DNA of 64,000 bases from Octopus bimaculoides (Eukaryota): contig NC_068993.1 of NCBI RefSeq assembly GCF_001194135.2, forward strand, positions 19,956,149 through 20,020,148, written 5' to 3'. The notes below the pieces were generated by a model, which was not told the origin of the DNA, made no database searches, and saw only the letters and a list, made by a program, of their open reading frames with translations. Position 1 is the first letter of the stretch. Every line of letters begins with the position of its first letter. Below are positions 26,560-39,270 of the stretch, in pieces. The position numbers were made by a program, and so were the translations under genes.

Positions 26560-26950
26560 CATCATCATCATTGTCGTTTAATGTCCACTTTCCATGCTGG
26601 CATGGGTTGGACAGTTTGACTGAGGACTGGTGAGCAAGAAAGCTGCACCAGGCTCAATCTGATTTGGCAGAGTTTCTACAGCTGGATGCCCTTCCTAACG
26701 CCAACCACTCTGAGAGTGTAGTGGGTGCTTTTACGTGCCTCATCATTGCCTCGGTAAGGCCCAATGTTCGAGGGTCGTGCTTCACCACCTCATCCCATGT
26801 CTTCCTGGGTCTATCTCTTCCACAGGTTCCCTCAACTGCTAGGGTGTGACACTTTTTCACAAAGCTGTCCTCATTCATTCGCAACACATGACCATACCAG
26901 TGCAGTCGTCTCTCTTGCACACCGCATCTAATGCTTCTCAAATCCAACTT
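26560..26950 (-). mobile_element. RTE LINE 3' end (ORF C-terminus joined to the terminal part of the 3' UTR)
   Basis: QERRLHWYGHVLRM.....VKKC....VEG...RPRKTW; (GAT)n tail. Confidence 0.85.
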
Positions 26951-27058
26951 ATGACAATGAAAATGATGGCTGAGTAGTGGAAGGTGAACAAGCAATAACT
27001 ATTATTTTACATGTCTAAGGTTAAAGAAAAAAAGGATGATGTTTTAATTTCAACTTAC

Positions 27059-27288
27059 AGTTGAGTCTTCTTCTTTTGCCGTTTCATTCATATCAACCCA
27101 TTCTCCACTTTCATCTTCAATTCCTTCACTACTACAACTTTCCCAACCATCATTGTCACTGTCTTCATCATCAACTGCTTCTTCCTCCTCGTCATCATTA
27201 TCATCACCACCATCGTCATCATCATCACTATTTTCTGTTTGTTTTTTTCCCTCATCTGTTGTAGTCGTTTCTGCCATGCCCTTAGCAT
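27059..27288 (-). CDS. SDAD1: SDAD1 acidic exon (D)AKGMAETTTTDEG...DGWESCSSEGIEDESGEWVDMNETAKEEDST
   Basis: 230 nt, tttttttcAG / GTaagt, phase 1/0; contains the DGWES and GEW.D motifs of SDA1. Confidence 0.93.
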
Positions 27289-27873
27289 CTGAAAAAAAAA
27301 AGAATAAATAAATAAAAAATAAAAAGTTTAATTAAAAAATATAACGATAATAAAACCAGTTTTCTTTCTTAATTCTTTTTTCAATTTATCTAAGATTCAA
27401 TACCTGCGTTGCAAAGCCACTGAATTACTGATCAGCTTTTCAATATCATAAATTCATCAGCTATATACTAAAGTCAACATCACTCTTGTATACAGAGGTT
27501 CGGTTTGTGACTAAAATTGGTCTACACCAGTGGCATATGGTAGTTGTTGTATTTGGTGTGCTGCCACGCCCAATGGCACCAAATTTCAAGCAGGGGTACA
27601 ACAAAAGTTCTCCATTAAGATTTGTGATTAAATTAATGAATAAGATTAATATTTATAAAGAATTTGCTATTTCTGATGGGTGTGCAGCACACACCCGGAA
27701 TATATGCCCCTGGTCTACACATGAAGAAAATTTGCAACAAACACTATTGGAAGGCAAGGAGATTTAACTTTAACCAAATCCCTTAACTCAGAGCAATTCA
27801 CTAAGGTCTGAAAGTGAGGGGGACTGATACAGTTGGAAGTATACATTCAAGAAATCAAGTATATTAAAAATTG

Positions 27874-28010
27874 GATCCTTCTGAATTGACGGGCACCACT
27901 TTTCATTTATGTTTTATGTAGTGTTTTTGGTACCGAAACACTTTCAAACTTCGTATACTTGCATATTATGTGTTATAGAACAGATAAAAATGAATTAATC
28001 AGAGACTGAT
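27874..28010. mobile_element. Truncated, diverged copy of the 18178-18797 element end
   Basis: ggatccttctg...gtagtgtttttggtaccgaaac matches the reverse complement of about 18680-18797. Confidence 0.7.
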
Positions 28011-28930
28011 ATAAGAGCGTGGTGAGCATCCTTTATCTTTTTATCTGTTTCAGTCATTAGACTGCAGCCATGCTGAGGCACCAACTTGAAGAATTTTAGT
28101 TGAATGAAATCCCAGTAGTTAGTCATTAAAGCCTGGTACTTCCACTCACAAGGCTTTTGGTCGGCCTGGAACTTTATTAGAAGACACTTGCCCAAGGTCC
28201 CATGCAGTGTGATTGAACCCAGGACCATGTGGTTGAGAAGCAAACTTCTTACCACAAGCCATGCCTGCACCTAAGTATGTAAGCATAATCTTCCTTCCTC
28301 AGATGTTGAGATATACAGCATGGATATTTTAATGCTTTAAGGAGCCCATCCTCTCCAGGTCTGAGCAAAGATGATTTCTTTCAGTGAGCAGAAAGTGCAG
28401 AAGAAGAAAAATTTACCTCAATACTGGATTAATTTATCCACTCCAAATGGATAAAAGATGAAATTAACCTCAAATGGGCTTGAACTAGTGTTGGAAAGAT
28501 TACTGCAAGGTATTCTCTCCGACATTCTAATATGCCTGGCAACTTGTTACCAAGCATTTATGTATCATCATCATCATCATCATCATCGTTTAACATCCGC
28601 TTTCCATGCTAGCATGGGTTGGACGATTTGACTGAGGACTGGTGAACCAGATGGCTACACCAGGCTCCAGTCTGATTTGGCAGAGTTTCTACAGCTGGAT
28701 GCCCTTCCTAACGCCAACCACTCAGAGAGTGTACAATAATATGCACAAGAGAGACAAAAACGAAATCCTTATTATCATTTAGCGTCTGTTTTCCATGATA
28801 GCATGGATTGGATGGTTTGACTGGAGCTGGTAAGCCAGAGAACTCCACCTGGCTCCAATCTGTTTTGGTTCAGTTGCTACGGCTGGATGCCCTTCCTAAT
28901 GCCAACAACTCCACAGAGTGTACAGGGTGT

Positions 28931-29134
28931 CTTTTAAATGTCACTGCCATGAGTGCCTCTTATGTGTCACCAGCACAGGTGCCTTTTACATGCCACCAGC
29001 ATGGGTACCTTTTATGTATTACTGGCATGGGTGCCTTTTTCATGTCACTGGCACAGGTATCTCACACATACACAGGCAAGAGTACCTCACATGCCACTAA
29101 CACAGGTGCATTTCAGGTGTCACTGGCACTGGCC
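28931..29134. repeat. 26-bp minisatellite within an RTE-type 3' UTR
   Basis: Five units with exact 26-bp period (28931-29060) plus three degenerate units. Confidence 0.8.
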
Positions 29135-30011
29135 ACGATTATGATTTCACTTAGCTTGACCTGTTCTCAAGCACAACAAATCATCAAAAGTCTTGGTTAC
29201 TTGTCTTGAAATTGTTTTGGTATCCAAGTCCAACTGAGGTATATGCAATGAGGTACAGTTGCATTTTCTGGATTAATACCACATATTTAACATGTTGCTT
29301 TCTTGTCATTAATCTGTTCATCAAAACTGATATTGTTCGAACCCCTCTTCCCATTTCAGTAGAAAATCATCTAAGAATTGACACCAAAGTGGCTGCTTTC
29401 TCAAGGATAGAAAAAGTGCTTAAAATGGTGCATGGTTTAACACCCCCAATTGCACCCAGGGTGTCTTGAGTAGTGTTCACACTGGTAAAACCATCTGGAC
29501 AACAGCTTTAATTTGTTATTCAACTTGTGTTTTTTACTGCATCTGCAGTAATAACCTCACCAGTCCGAGAGACAGAGAGCATGTAAAAGTTATAGCCACT
29601 ACACCTGACTATCTTATAAAAAGAAAAACTATCAACACTCATGAGTTACATTGATTAAAGCATGAAGTAAATATTAAGATGGAATGTAGTCAATTGATTA
29701 AATCAACCACAGTGGCTTCCGACAGTTTAATTTCAAGATTTCTGCAAGGATAACAGACAAGGCCTGAACAGGTGTGACTTGAACTCAAAAGAATACCCTA
29801 ACTATCTAGTATCATCATCATTATGAGTTGGACAGAGTTTATTGAGGTAGATTTTCTAGGACAGGATGCTCTTCCTGTCACCAACCTTCAACTGTTTCAA
29901 AACAAGGAAATAATTCCCCATACCCAGACATGTTCGCATGTGAATGCTTGTATCATAGTGATCATCATTTTACAACTTTCACATAATTACACACAGAGGA
30001 CAGGTTTCTCA

Positions 30012-30250
30012 GTTTCTTATTTCTTTATTGCCCGCAAGAGGCTAAACATAGAGGGGACAAACAAGGACAGGCAAAGGGATTAAGTCAATTACATCAACCC
30101 CAGTGTGTAACTGGTACTTTATTTATCGACCCCGAAAGGATGAAGGGCAAAGTTGACCTTGGCGGAATTTGAACTCAGAACGTAATGGCAGACGAAATAC
30201 CAATAAGCATTTCGCCCGGTGTGCTAACGTTTCCGCCAGCTCGCCGCCTT
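30012..30250 (-). mobile_element. SINE family B
   Basis: 17-bp direct repeat caggtttctcagtttct at 30001-30017 and 30257-30273. Confidence 0.9.
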
Positions 30251-31409
30251 GTTTCTCAGGTTTCTCAGTTTCTGTCAATCAAATCAACTCGCAAAGCTTT
30301 GGTTATCCTGGGGTTTATAGTAGAAAGCACTAGCCTAAGGTACCACACAGTGGGACTGAACCCAGAACCATGTAGGTTCATTCATTATATAAATAATAAT
30401 TCCTTATATATAAATAATAATTCATTCTTATTCACATAAATAAAAAAAAACAATATGATCAAAACTCCTGGCATGTTTATTTAAGGTTATGTTAAAACAT
30501 TTCTTTAGCAGTTACTGTGTGGACTGGTCGACATCACCAGAAGCTACTCAATAACAAAAGTGATGAAACATAAACAGACATTTCAAAAATCATTCAGTTA
30601 ATTAAATATTATGTCTGGATCCACAGCTACAAGCACAATATGAACATCAACCATTAGCCAAAAACAACAAAATTAATACTTCCACAACCAGATATAAATA
30701 TTCTAGCCTATCCACAGTTCTGAGAAATCTAAGATGGCCATCTCATCCAGACCTATCTTATTATCCACATATAAATTTCGTCAAATTATTGATAAGTTTA
30801 TTTTCACCACTCACAAATATAAATTCCAGATTCATAAATTGAGCTTTTTGAGCTAATAAATGAATAAATAAATAAAAACCCTGAAATATTTCAAATATTT
30901 CATTTTCTGATTTATTCCAGTGTCCATTGCTTTATTTTGGTTTCACTTCATTTTTTTGTTTTGTTTTTTTTTTGCAGCTGGAATATCAGTTGCTAAGAAT
31001 AACCATAATAATGAAGATAAAAAAAGAAGAAAAACAGCCTGATATAAACATTCAATTGCTATTGCTATTTTCGGTTATTTGATATTGAAAACATACACTA
31101 TTGAAAGAAATGTCTCTATACTTGGTATTCTAAGTAAAAGACAATACTACAACCATATCTGGAATGTCTTTTATGTAGAAACGTGTTAATGTGAAAAGTG
31201 ATATGGAATAAATGGAAAAAAAAAAGCTTACTTTAAATAAAATATAAAGACAGGATTGTGTGGTGATAAAGTTTACTCCACAACTGCATGGTATCGGGTT
31301 TAAACTCACCACATGGCATCTAAGGCAAGAGCTTTCTACTATAGCCTAGGGATGACCAATACCTTGTGTGTTAAATTTAGTACAAGGAAACTGTATGGAA
31401 GCCTGTCAT

Positions 31410-31443
<34 letters not shown>

Positions 31444-32552
31444 GTCTTGTCTTACAAATTACATGGTGATCCTACCAGTGCTAAAACACACCCAGTACAC
31501 TCTGTAAAGTGGTTAGCATTAGGAAGAGCATCCAGTTATAGAAACCATATCGAAACAGACAAGAGAGCATGGCATAGCCCTTCAGCTTGCCAGCTCTTGT
31601 CAAACTGTCCAACCCATACCAGCATGGAAAAAATGGACGTTAAATAATGATAATAACAATACACACACATATCTACACTCTTGGAGTGGTTGGCGTTAGG
31701 AAGGGCATCCAGCTGTAGAAACTCTGCCAAATCAGATTGGAGCCTGGTGTAGCCATCTGGTTTCACCAGTCCTCGGTCAAATCGTCCAACCCATGCTAGC
31801 GTGGAAAGCGAATGTTAGATGATGATGATGATATAAATACATGCATGTGTGTGTGGAGGGTATGTGTTAGTGGCTCCTTGTCTTGACATCATGAGATAGT
31901 TGTAAACAAGTGTCACTGTTATGTAAGTGGTGTCATTTGTTTCTAATCTTGCATGAAAACACGTCTGGTCATGGGGAAATATTACCTTACTTGGAAGGCC
32001 TGATGACTTGAAGAGCATCTGGTTATAGAAAGTTTGCCTTAACGAATTCCATCTAACCTATGCAAGCATGGTAAAGTGGACAATAAAACCAATATGATGA
32101 TAAATAATGTTATATGCATATGTATGTGTAAATGAATATGTGCATTTTTCTCTATGTTTTCACACTGGTACTGCTTAATAAATTGTGCATTTGTTTATTT
32201 TTAACCATAAACAATATATCTCATTACTCAATAGCTTTGTCATGTGAAGACTAGTGGAATAAAAACATCTTAACTGAACGGTAAGGGAGCTGATGGCAGG
32301 AAGACCAGTCAGTCAAAGAATATTGCCTCAATAAATCTCGTCCAACTCATGCCAGCATAGAAAACGCAAATGTAAAAATGATGAAATGATGATGAGAAAG
32401 AGAAAGAAAGACTGAATGTAAAGAAATTTATCTTGTTTATGTTTTTCCCAAGATCTTAAGGAGTTACAGAGACAAGAATTAGCTTCAAGCTGGATATTAA
32501 AATATCATACAGCCAACATATGGAACACTTTAATTACCCTTATAGTCTAGGG

Positions 32553-32799
32553 TAGCGTTTCTAAACCAGCATTCCCCGGAACCCTAGGGTTCTGCAAGAA
32601 AGAGCGAGATAAGCTAATGCTAATTTCATGATCGTAATATATATATATATATAAATATTCATATGACATTTACCACGTGAACTACGATGAAAAAAATATA
32701 AGAAAGATATAGTATATAATTTTTTTTGTGCAGGGATTCCTTGAGACATGTAATATAATTTTAAGGGTTACGCAAGGGTATAAAGGTTGAGAAATATTG
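32553..32799. mobile_element. hAT (Charlie-like) MITE
   Basis: Imperfect TIRs tagcgtttctaaacc / ggttgagaaatattg; perfect 8-bp TSD gtctaggg at 32545-32552 and 32800-32807. Confidence 0.85.
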
Positions 32800-33315
32800 G
32801 TCTAGGGTATAAGTTAAATGTAGAATCTTTGCAGACATCAAGAAGACAAATAAAAAAAAAGTAGCAGTTGTACTCTCAGCTATTCTCTTTCTAAGTGACT
32901 GTATGTCTATTTTACATTACAGTAAATGCTAAACATTCAAAACAATGTGAATATATAAGTATTGCATTTGACAGAGTGATCTTAATGCTAAAGGGTTAAT
33001 GTAGATATAGTGCAATGATTGAGAAAAATGAAAGCTTAATGCACCTGTTTCTCTTCTATTGTACAAATCTTCATGCAATTGATATTCCTGGTCCACTACC
33101 CTAGCGAAAATCTACACACACATTCAACAAGCCCATGACAAGACTTGGTAATAAGAAGCAAACCTTTTCACAAACATACTGCCAACTGTTGAAATATCAC
33201 AGGCATCAACAAGACAAGTAAAAAAAAAAGGTAACACTACTACTCATTCCCTTTCTAAGTAATTGTACCTCTGTTTTACATTTCAGTAAATATCAAACAT
33301 CAGTGTTCCACTTAC

Positions 33316-33451
33316 CTGTTTTGCCATCTTCTGTTACTTTTGAACTGTCTAATTCTTCAAGCAAAACCTCTGCACCTGGCAGGTAACTTTTGGCTTGAGT
33401 GTCTCCATAGGATGGCAGTTCTGCTTCTTGCATAGCTTCAGTCAATCGGCC
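33316..33451 (-). CDS. SDAD1: SDAD1 exon GRLTEAMQEAELPSYGDTQAKSYLPGAEVLLEELDSSKVTEDGKT
   Basis: 136 nt, catgcAG / GTaagt, phase 0/1; motif YG...AK.Y.PGAEVL. Confidence 0.95.
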
Positions 33452-34829
33452 CTGCATGGAACAGATAGCAGCATTATTTTACCTACACAAACCATTCTTC
33501 ATTTTCTTTTTAATAAGTGATATTACACGACTGTCTTCTGTGTCTATTACAATGTACTCTCACCCAAACTTCTTGTGCGTGTGATGTGTTTCAGTTTTGG
33601 CATAAGAGAAAGAAGGACAGCATTCATAACCTTTCTGCAAGATCTTTGATTCTGGTGGGTAAAAGATCCTGATATTCTCAGAATAGAAACTTGAGCTCTG
33701 CTAAAGGTACCCAATGCCAAGGTGAAGGTGTTTAACTGGATAACAAATTAAGTCTGCTATCTAAGAATTTCCAAAGTTTTGTTCCACCCAATTTTACTCA
33801 TAAGGTTAGGGTATGATTGAAACCGGATTCACATGATTAAGAAACAAATTTCTTAATTACACATCTGTACCTGATTATGCTTGCACAAGATTCAATAGAA
33901 GATATTTAGTTCTAGTTTCATCTCAATAAACAGAGATAAATCTCCTCCTGAACAGAACAGATACAATTCTGGCAATAATTCCATATTTAGCATTTTTCTC
34001 CAACAACTAAATGAATTACTGGCCAAGCCAAATATGAAACACAGAGGATCTGGACACAATAACCTTTCAGTTAGTAGCGATTCAGCCTCTATAAGTATCA
34101 TGTTGTCAACAGACATGTGGACTGAGATAAGTAAGGTTAAATGCCTCTTTGACTCTTTTCTTAGAGGTGCAAAATCAGCTGAGTCCATACAGCTTAGTTG
34201 GTAAAGTATCAAACTTTTAACTGAATGTCATGAGTTTGTGAGTTTTAATGAACCATGGGCCAGTGGCTTAGAATCAAATAAAACCTGGTCAATGATTATA
34301 GCTCATTAGCTGGGGTCTGGAATTAGGAAATCAGAACTAACTGAATATATATTCATTTATTAGGGATCTAGACAATGCTTAATTGTATGCTAGAATTAAT
34401 TGAATAAACTCTCTTAGTATTACTGGTACAGACTTATCAAATGTGTTAATACAAAATGGTTAGCTGACTACAGACAGAGTTGTCAGAATGTTGGATAGAA
34501 TACGTTGTAGTATTTGTTCTGGATTTCTGCTCTCCGAGTTCAAATCCTGCTGCTAAAATCTTTGTCTTTCATTATTTCAGAATTAAGAAATAAGTAGAAA
34601 CCATTAGGTGCAACCTTCTCTCCCATCAAGTTCTCACATCTCAAATGTTCAGTTGGTAGGGCGTGGAGGTCAAATGTGGAAAGCCCAAAAAGAAGTCTGT
34701 CTCATGTATGAGGCATTTTGGTGCCACTTATATGGTATTGATGATTTGATGTTGACTTATTTGACATCAAACATTTTTAAGTTTCTTTCAGTTTATGTAT
34801 GTGAGCATCTAGTTACATTTGTACATATA

Positions 34830-35216
34830 CTCCTTTTTCTTTTACTTGTTTGTCATTTGACTGCGGCCATGCTGGAGCACCGCCTTTAGTCGAGCAAATC
34901 GACCCTGGGACTTATTCTTTGTAAGCCTAGTACTTATTCTATTGGTCTCTTTTTGCCAAACCGCTAAGTTACAGGGACGTAAACACACCACCATTGGTTG
35001 TCAAGTGATGTTAGGGGTACAAACACATACATATATATATATATACATATATACGACGGGCTTCTTTCAGTTTCTGTCTACCAAATCCACTCACAAGGCT
35101 TTGGTCAGCCCGAGGCTATAGTAGAAGACACTTGCCCAAAGTGCCACGCAGTGGGACTGAACCCGGAACCATGTGGTTGGGAAGCAAGCTACTTACCACA
35201 CAGCCACTCCTGCGCC
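34830..35216 (-). mobile_element. SINE family A
   Basis: Full head and tail. Confidence 0.9.
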
Positions 35217-35589
35217 TATATGTGTAACTTCTCTCCCTGTCTCAGACATTTTCTATCTGTATGTGTATATCTCTATGCTTGAATGTGTATGAGAGTGTGA
35301 TTGTGTCCAGGGTCAAATGAGGTTGACTGTCCAGTCAGCTGTGCCAAATTGTCAGCATCCAAATTGTCAATCTGATCTGTATCAGCTTCTAACTGAATGG
35401 ATACCTAAAATGTTAAACCTAAAGCAAACTCCAGGCTACAATGTCTAAGAATGCTGGCAGGTGACAGCCATAGTTGACTATGTTGTAATGAATAGCGAAG
35501 TCTAGATATAGTAAAACTACCATTCTATTACATTGAAATATTAATATTAAAACAAAAACAAAAAAGAAAAATGTTAATAATAAAATTAC

Positions 35590-35666
35590 TCTGTCTTTCT
35601 TGTGCAGTATATTGGGATTGATCTGCTTCACAACTTGGATTAATCCTCGACTTGCCATGGAGACAG
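35590..35666 (-). CDS. SDAD1: SDAD1 exon (A)VSMASRGLIQVVKQINPNILHKKDR
   Basis: 77 nt, attacAG / GTaatt, phase 1/0. Confidence 0.95.
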
Positions 35667-35980
35667 CTGTAATAATAAAGAGACACACATGGAGATAACT
35701 AATAAAGAGACACCACATCATAGAGATAACTATAATAAAGAAATACAAATACTATGGAGATATCTACAATAAAAAGATGATCATTTACACACAAATATTA
35801 AAAAATACAGGAAGCAGGAACAAAAAAACTTTAAGGAGCTTGCTTTGCAATCACAAGATCCCAGGTCTGATTTCACTACTTGGCATCCTGACCGAGTGCC
35901 ATTCACCACAGCCTTGGCAAGTCAGTAAAATGGGTAGAAAAATTGTTTAGAGACAGAAGGATGGGTTGTATCTAATTTAG

Positions 35981-36163
35981 CCCTTCAGCATTTAAACTGG
36001 CCCAAATAGGTTTTATGTTCAAACTGGCCAGATCTGGCCTCTCACACCTATTCTACAATGTCTTTCTAAAAATATACAATCACATCGTAAAAATTTCGAA
36101 ACAATGAGATGATATATAATTAATTGAAAACAATGTGAATTGAGTAATCTGAATGCTAAAGGG
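35981..36163. mobile_element. TTAA-type MITE
   Basis: cccttcagcatt ... aatgctaaaggg|ttaa; left TSD decayed to ttag. Confidence 0.7.
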
Positions 36164-36479
36164 TTAAAGGGCCAGCCTAGCCGCATTGTGTCATGACTGT
36201 TTGAGGATTACATTAGGGGTACACATGAATATGGAATACTCAACCACTTATAGAAGCTGATTTAATGACAGGCAGTGTAGTTAATCAAACAATTGAACAC
36301 TCATCACTGAAACTGATGGACATCCGTTTACTTCTATGTGTAGTGCTGCTTTGAACTGCTAGCATCAGTCATTATACAAAACAGTTAAGATATTGAATGT
36401 AAACATTTCATGTGAGTAAACAATATTAATAATCTCATATACTGGCACAAGGCCACACATTTGTGCACTTTATCCATGA

Positions 36480-36488
36480 TACCAAGAG

Positions 36489-36530
<42 letters not shown>

Positions 36531-37402
36531 TGATGATAGTAATGGTTTCAAATTTTGTCACAAGGGCAGTGGTTTTGGGGGAGGGAATGTGTCGATTACA
36601 TCGACCCCAGTGTTTCACTGGTACTTAATTTATCGACTCCGATAGGATGAAAGGCAAAGTAGACCTCAGTGGAATATGAACTCAGAACGTAGCGAAGGGC
36701 GAAATACCGCTAAGCATTTCGTCCAGCATGCTAACAATTCTGCCAGCTCTTCACCTTAATAATAATAATAATAATAATCCTTTCTATTATAGACACAAGG
36801 CCTCAAATTTGAGGGGAGGGGCCTAGTCGATTATGCTGACCCCAGTGTTCAACTGGTACTGATTTCATCAACCCTGAAAGGATGGCAGGCAAAGTTGACC
36901 TTGATGGAATTTGAACTCACTGTCAACTCAGCACCTAGGGATGATAATAATAATAATAATAACAATGATAATGATTTCAAATTTGGGAACAAGGTCAGCA
37001 AGTTCAGGGAAGGGGCTAAATTGATTACATCGACCCCAGTACTTAACTGGTACTTTACTGACCCTGAAAGAATGAAAGACAACATTGACCTCAGCAGAAT
37101 TTGGACTCAGAACATGAAGACAGACAAAATACTGCTGAGCATTTTTGATGGCATGTTAACAATTCTGTTAGCTCACCATCTTAATAATAATAATAGTAAT
37201 CCTTTCAACTAAAAGCACAAGGCCTGACATTTTGTGATGATGGCGGATAGTCGATTACATTGACCTCAATATTCAAATGGTACTTATTTTATAGACTGCA
37301 AAAGGATGAAAGGCAAAGTTGACCTCAACAGAATTTGAGCTCACAATGTAAAGATAGACAAAATACTGCTGAGTATGATAATGACTCTGCCAGTTCACTA
37401 TC

Positions 37403-37443
<41 letters not shown>
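36480..37443 (-). repeat. Head-to-tail cluster of four family-B SINE variants separated by (AAT)n
   Basis: Copies at about 36541-36757, 36779-36910, 36972-37180 and 37199-37405, all in the same orientation. Confidence 0.8.
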
Positions 37444-37447
<4 letters not shown>

Positions 37448-37458
37448 GATTCAGTTAC

Positions 37459-37556
37459 CTCTTTCTCGATTGGACTTGTACTGAGCTAAATCTTGTATAA
37501 GCTCTTCAGTCAATGCCAATGGACAACGAGAAATAATCTCTTTCACTGCATTTAAA
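37459..37556 (-). CDS. SDAD1: SDAD1 exon [32 protein letters not shown]
   Basis: 98 nt, atttcAG / GTaac, phase 2/1; SDA1 motif [26 protein letters not shown]. Confidence 0.97.
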
Positions 37557-39049
37557 CTGAAATAATAAAATGAGAAATATGGTTCCAATATATTTATCAA
37601 TATGTACTAATAATCAAGTGGTTATTTCAATTTCCAATGAAATTATATCATGATGTGTGCAATAGCTTATTCTATTTGACTTCATTTCTGTTAAATTAAG
37701 ACATACCTTTAACTTTCAGTCATTGGACTGCAATAATTTTTGGGCATCCCTTTTAAAGACTTAGCTGAACAAATTGACCCCAGTACTTATATCTTAAATC
37801 TAGAACTTGTTCTTTCAGTCTCTTTTGCAGAACCTCTACATTATGGGGATGTAAACAAACACAGGCAGAAATGTGGTGGTATGGTAAGAAGCTTGCTTCT
37901 CAACCACATGGTTCTGGGTTCAGTCCCACTGTGTTGTACCTTGGGCAAGTGTCTTTCACTATAGCCTCGGGCTGACCAAAGCCTTGTGAATGGATTTGGT
38001 AGACAGAAACTGAAAGAAGCCCTTCATATATATATAAATGTGTGTGTGCGCGCCTACTAAATTCACTCACAAGGATTTGGTTCACCCAGGCTAACTGGAA
38101 GGCAGCCCAAGGTGTTGTGCAGTGGGACTAAACTCAAAACCATGTGGTTGTAAAGCAAATTTCTTAACCATACAGCTATGACTGTATCTCTACATGTTAC
38201 GGTTGGGAAGTCATTCATCTGTAAGTCCTCTTGAAATAAATTTTACAAACTTGTCTTGTGTATTGAAACTCATCTACTCAAACTAAAAAGAGTACATTAA
38301 CTTAGAAAGCTATGGTATATTAATCCTGGAAGCACAGCACAACCCCACAGGCACAAAAATGTTTTGACCAATACTACCTGATTCTCGTGAAAGTACGTGG
38401 CCAATTGATTTGGATGTTAGATTATGATTGTTAAGTTGTGAATTCAATTCTCAGATTGGGTGGTATGTTGTCTTGGAGCAAGGGTTTTCATTTCACACTG
38501 CTTCAGTCAACTCAGTTGAAAATGAGAACCAGTGGCAGCTGTGGAGGGGTTAATGCTGCAACAGATCAATGCCCTGTTCAAAATGTGATCCTATGAAGGT
38601 TCTTCATCAGGCAATCTTGACCGTGCTTTTGCACATGCTTATGCAAGTTAGAGTAATACTTTTTTGAGTAAAATCATCAGTTACACACATACACACTTTC
38701 CCTCTCTACACTACTGATGTTTACCCAAGAGAAAGGCTACCAACTCAGGCTAATCAGCTTGGCACCAATGTCATCACAGGTATAGCTGTGAAAATACAAG
38801 CCTTACATTATACTGTATGTACTTTTTGTTGTTGCAGATATACTGAAAGAAAGACAAGGTGGTCATGGCTAGATTGATTTTGAACATAGGCAGCCTAAAT
38901 CTAGGCTGGGCTAGGCTGGGGTTAAACTGAGCAAGATAGGGCTGTTTGCCAGCCACAGTCAGCCAACAGTTCCTTATACAAAATATTAAACTCTATTTCT
39001 GTCCCATCCACAGGTAAATTCACAGTAAACCAGAATGGAAATGGTAATA

Positions 39050-39270
39050 CAGTAATCCCTCGACTATCACAGGTGTTATGTTCCAAAATCCCCCGTGATA
39101 GGTGAAAATCCGAAGTAGAAACAGTACTGTACTGTATATTTTTTTTAATTATTTTTATAATTTGTATATATTTATTTTATTATAAATGCAAAATAACATC
39201 ATGGAGGAATCGACATAAGCTTAAATAATAAACTGCAACAGGTGAACCGCAATGTGGCAAGGGATTACTG
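39050..39270. mobile_element. Tigger/pogo-like MITE (Tc1/mariner superfamily)
   Basis: TA|cagtaatccct ... agggattactg|TA, 11-bp perfect TIR, TA TSD. Confidence 0.88.

Noticed and set aside
29200-29520. CxxC-containing fragment (ATC*ICGINP) on the minus strand as a transposase zinc finger
   Set aside because: Too short and interrupted to assign
33892-34212. 106-aa ORF open on both strands
   Set aside because: No recognisable domain beyond a faint RT-like SVDNMILI stretch; most likely a decayed LINE or chance
38750-38795. Box C (GTGATGA) and box D (CTGA) on the gene strand as an intronic snoRNA
   Set aside because: Boxes are only about 35 nt apart, with no terminal stem or recognisable rRNA guide
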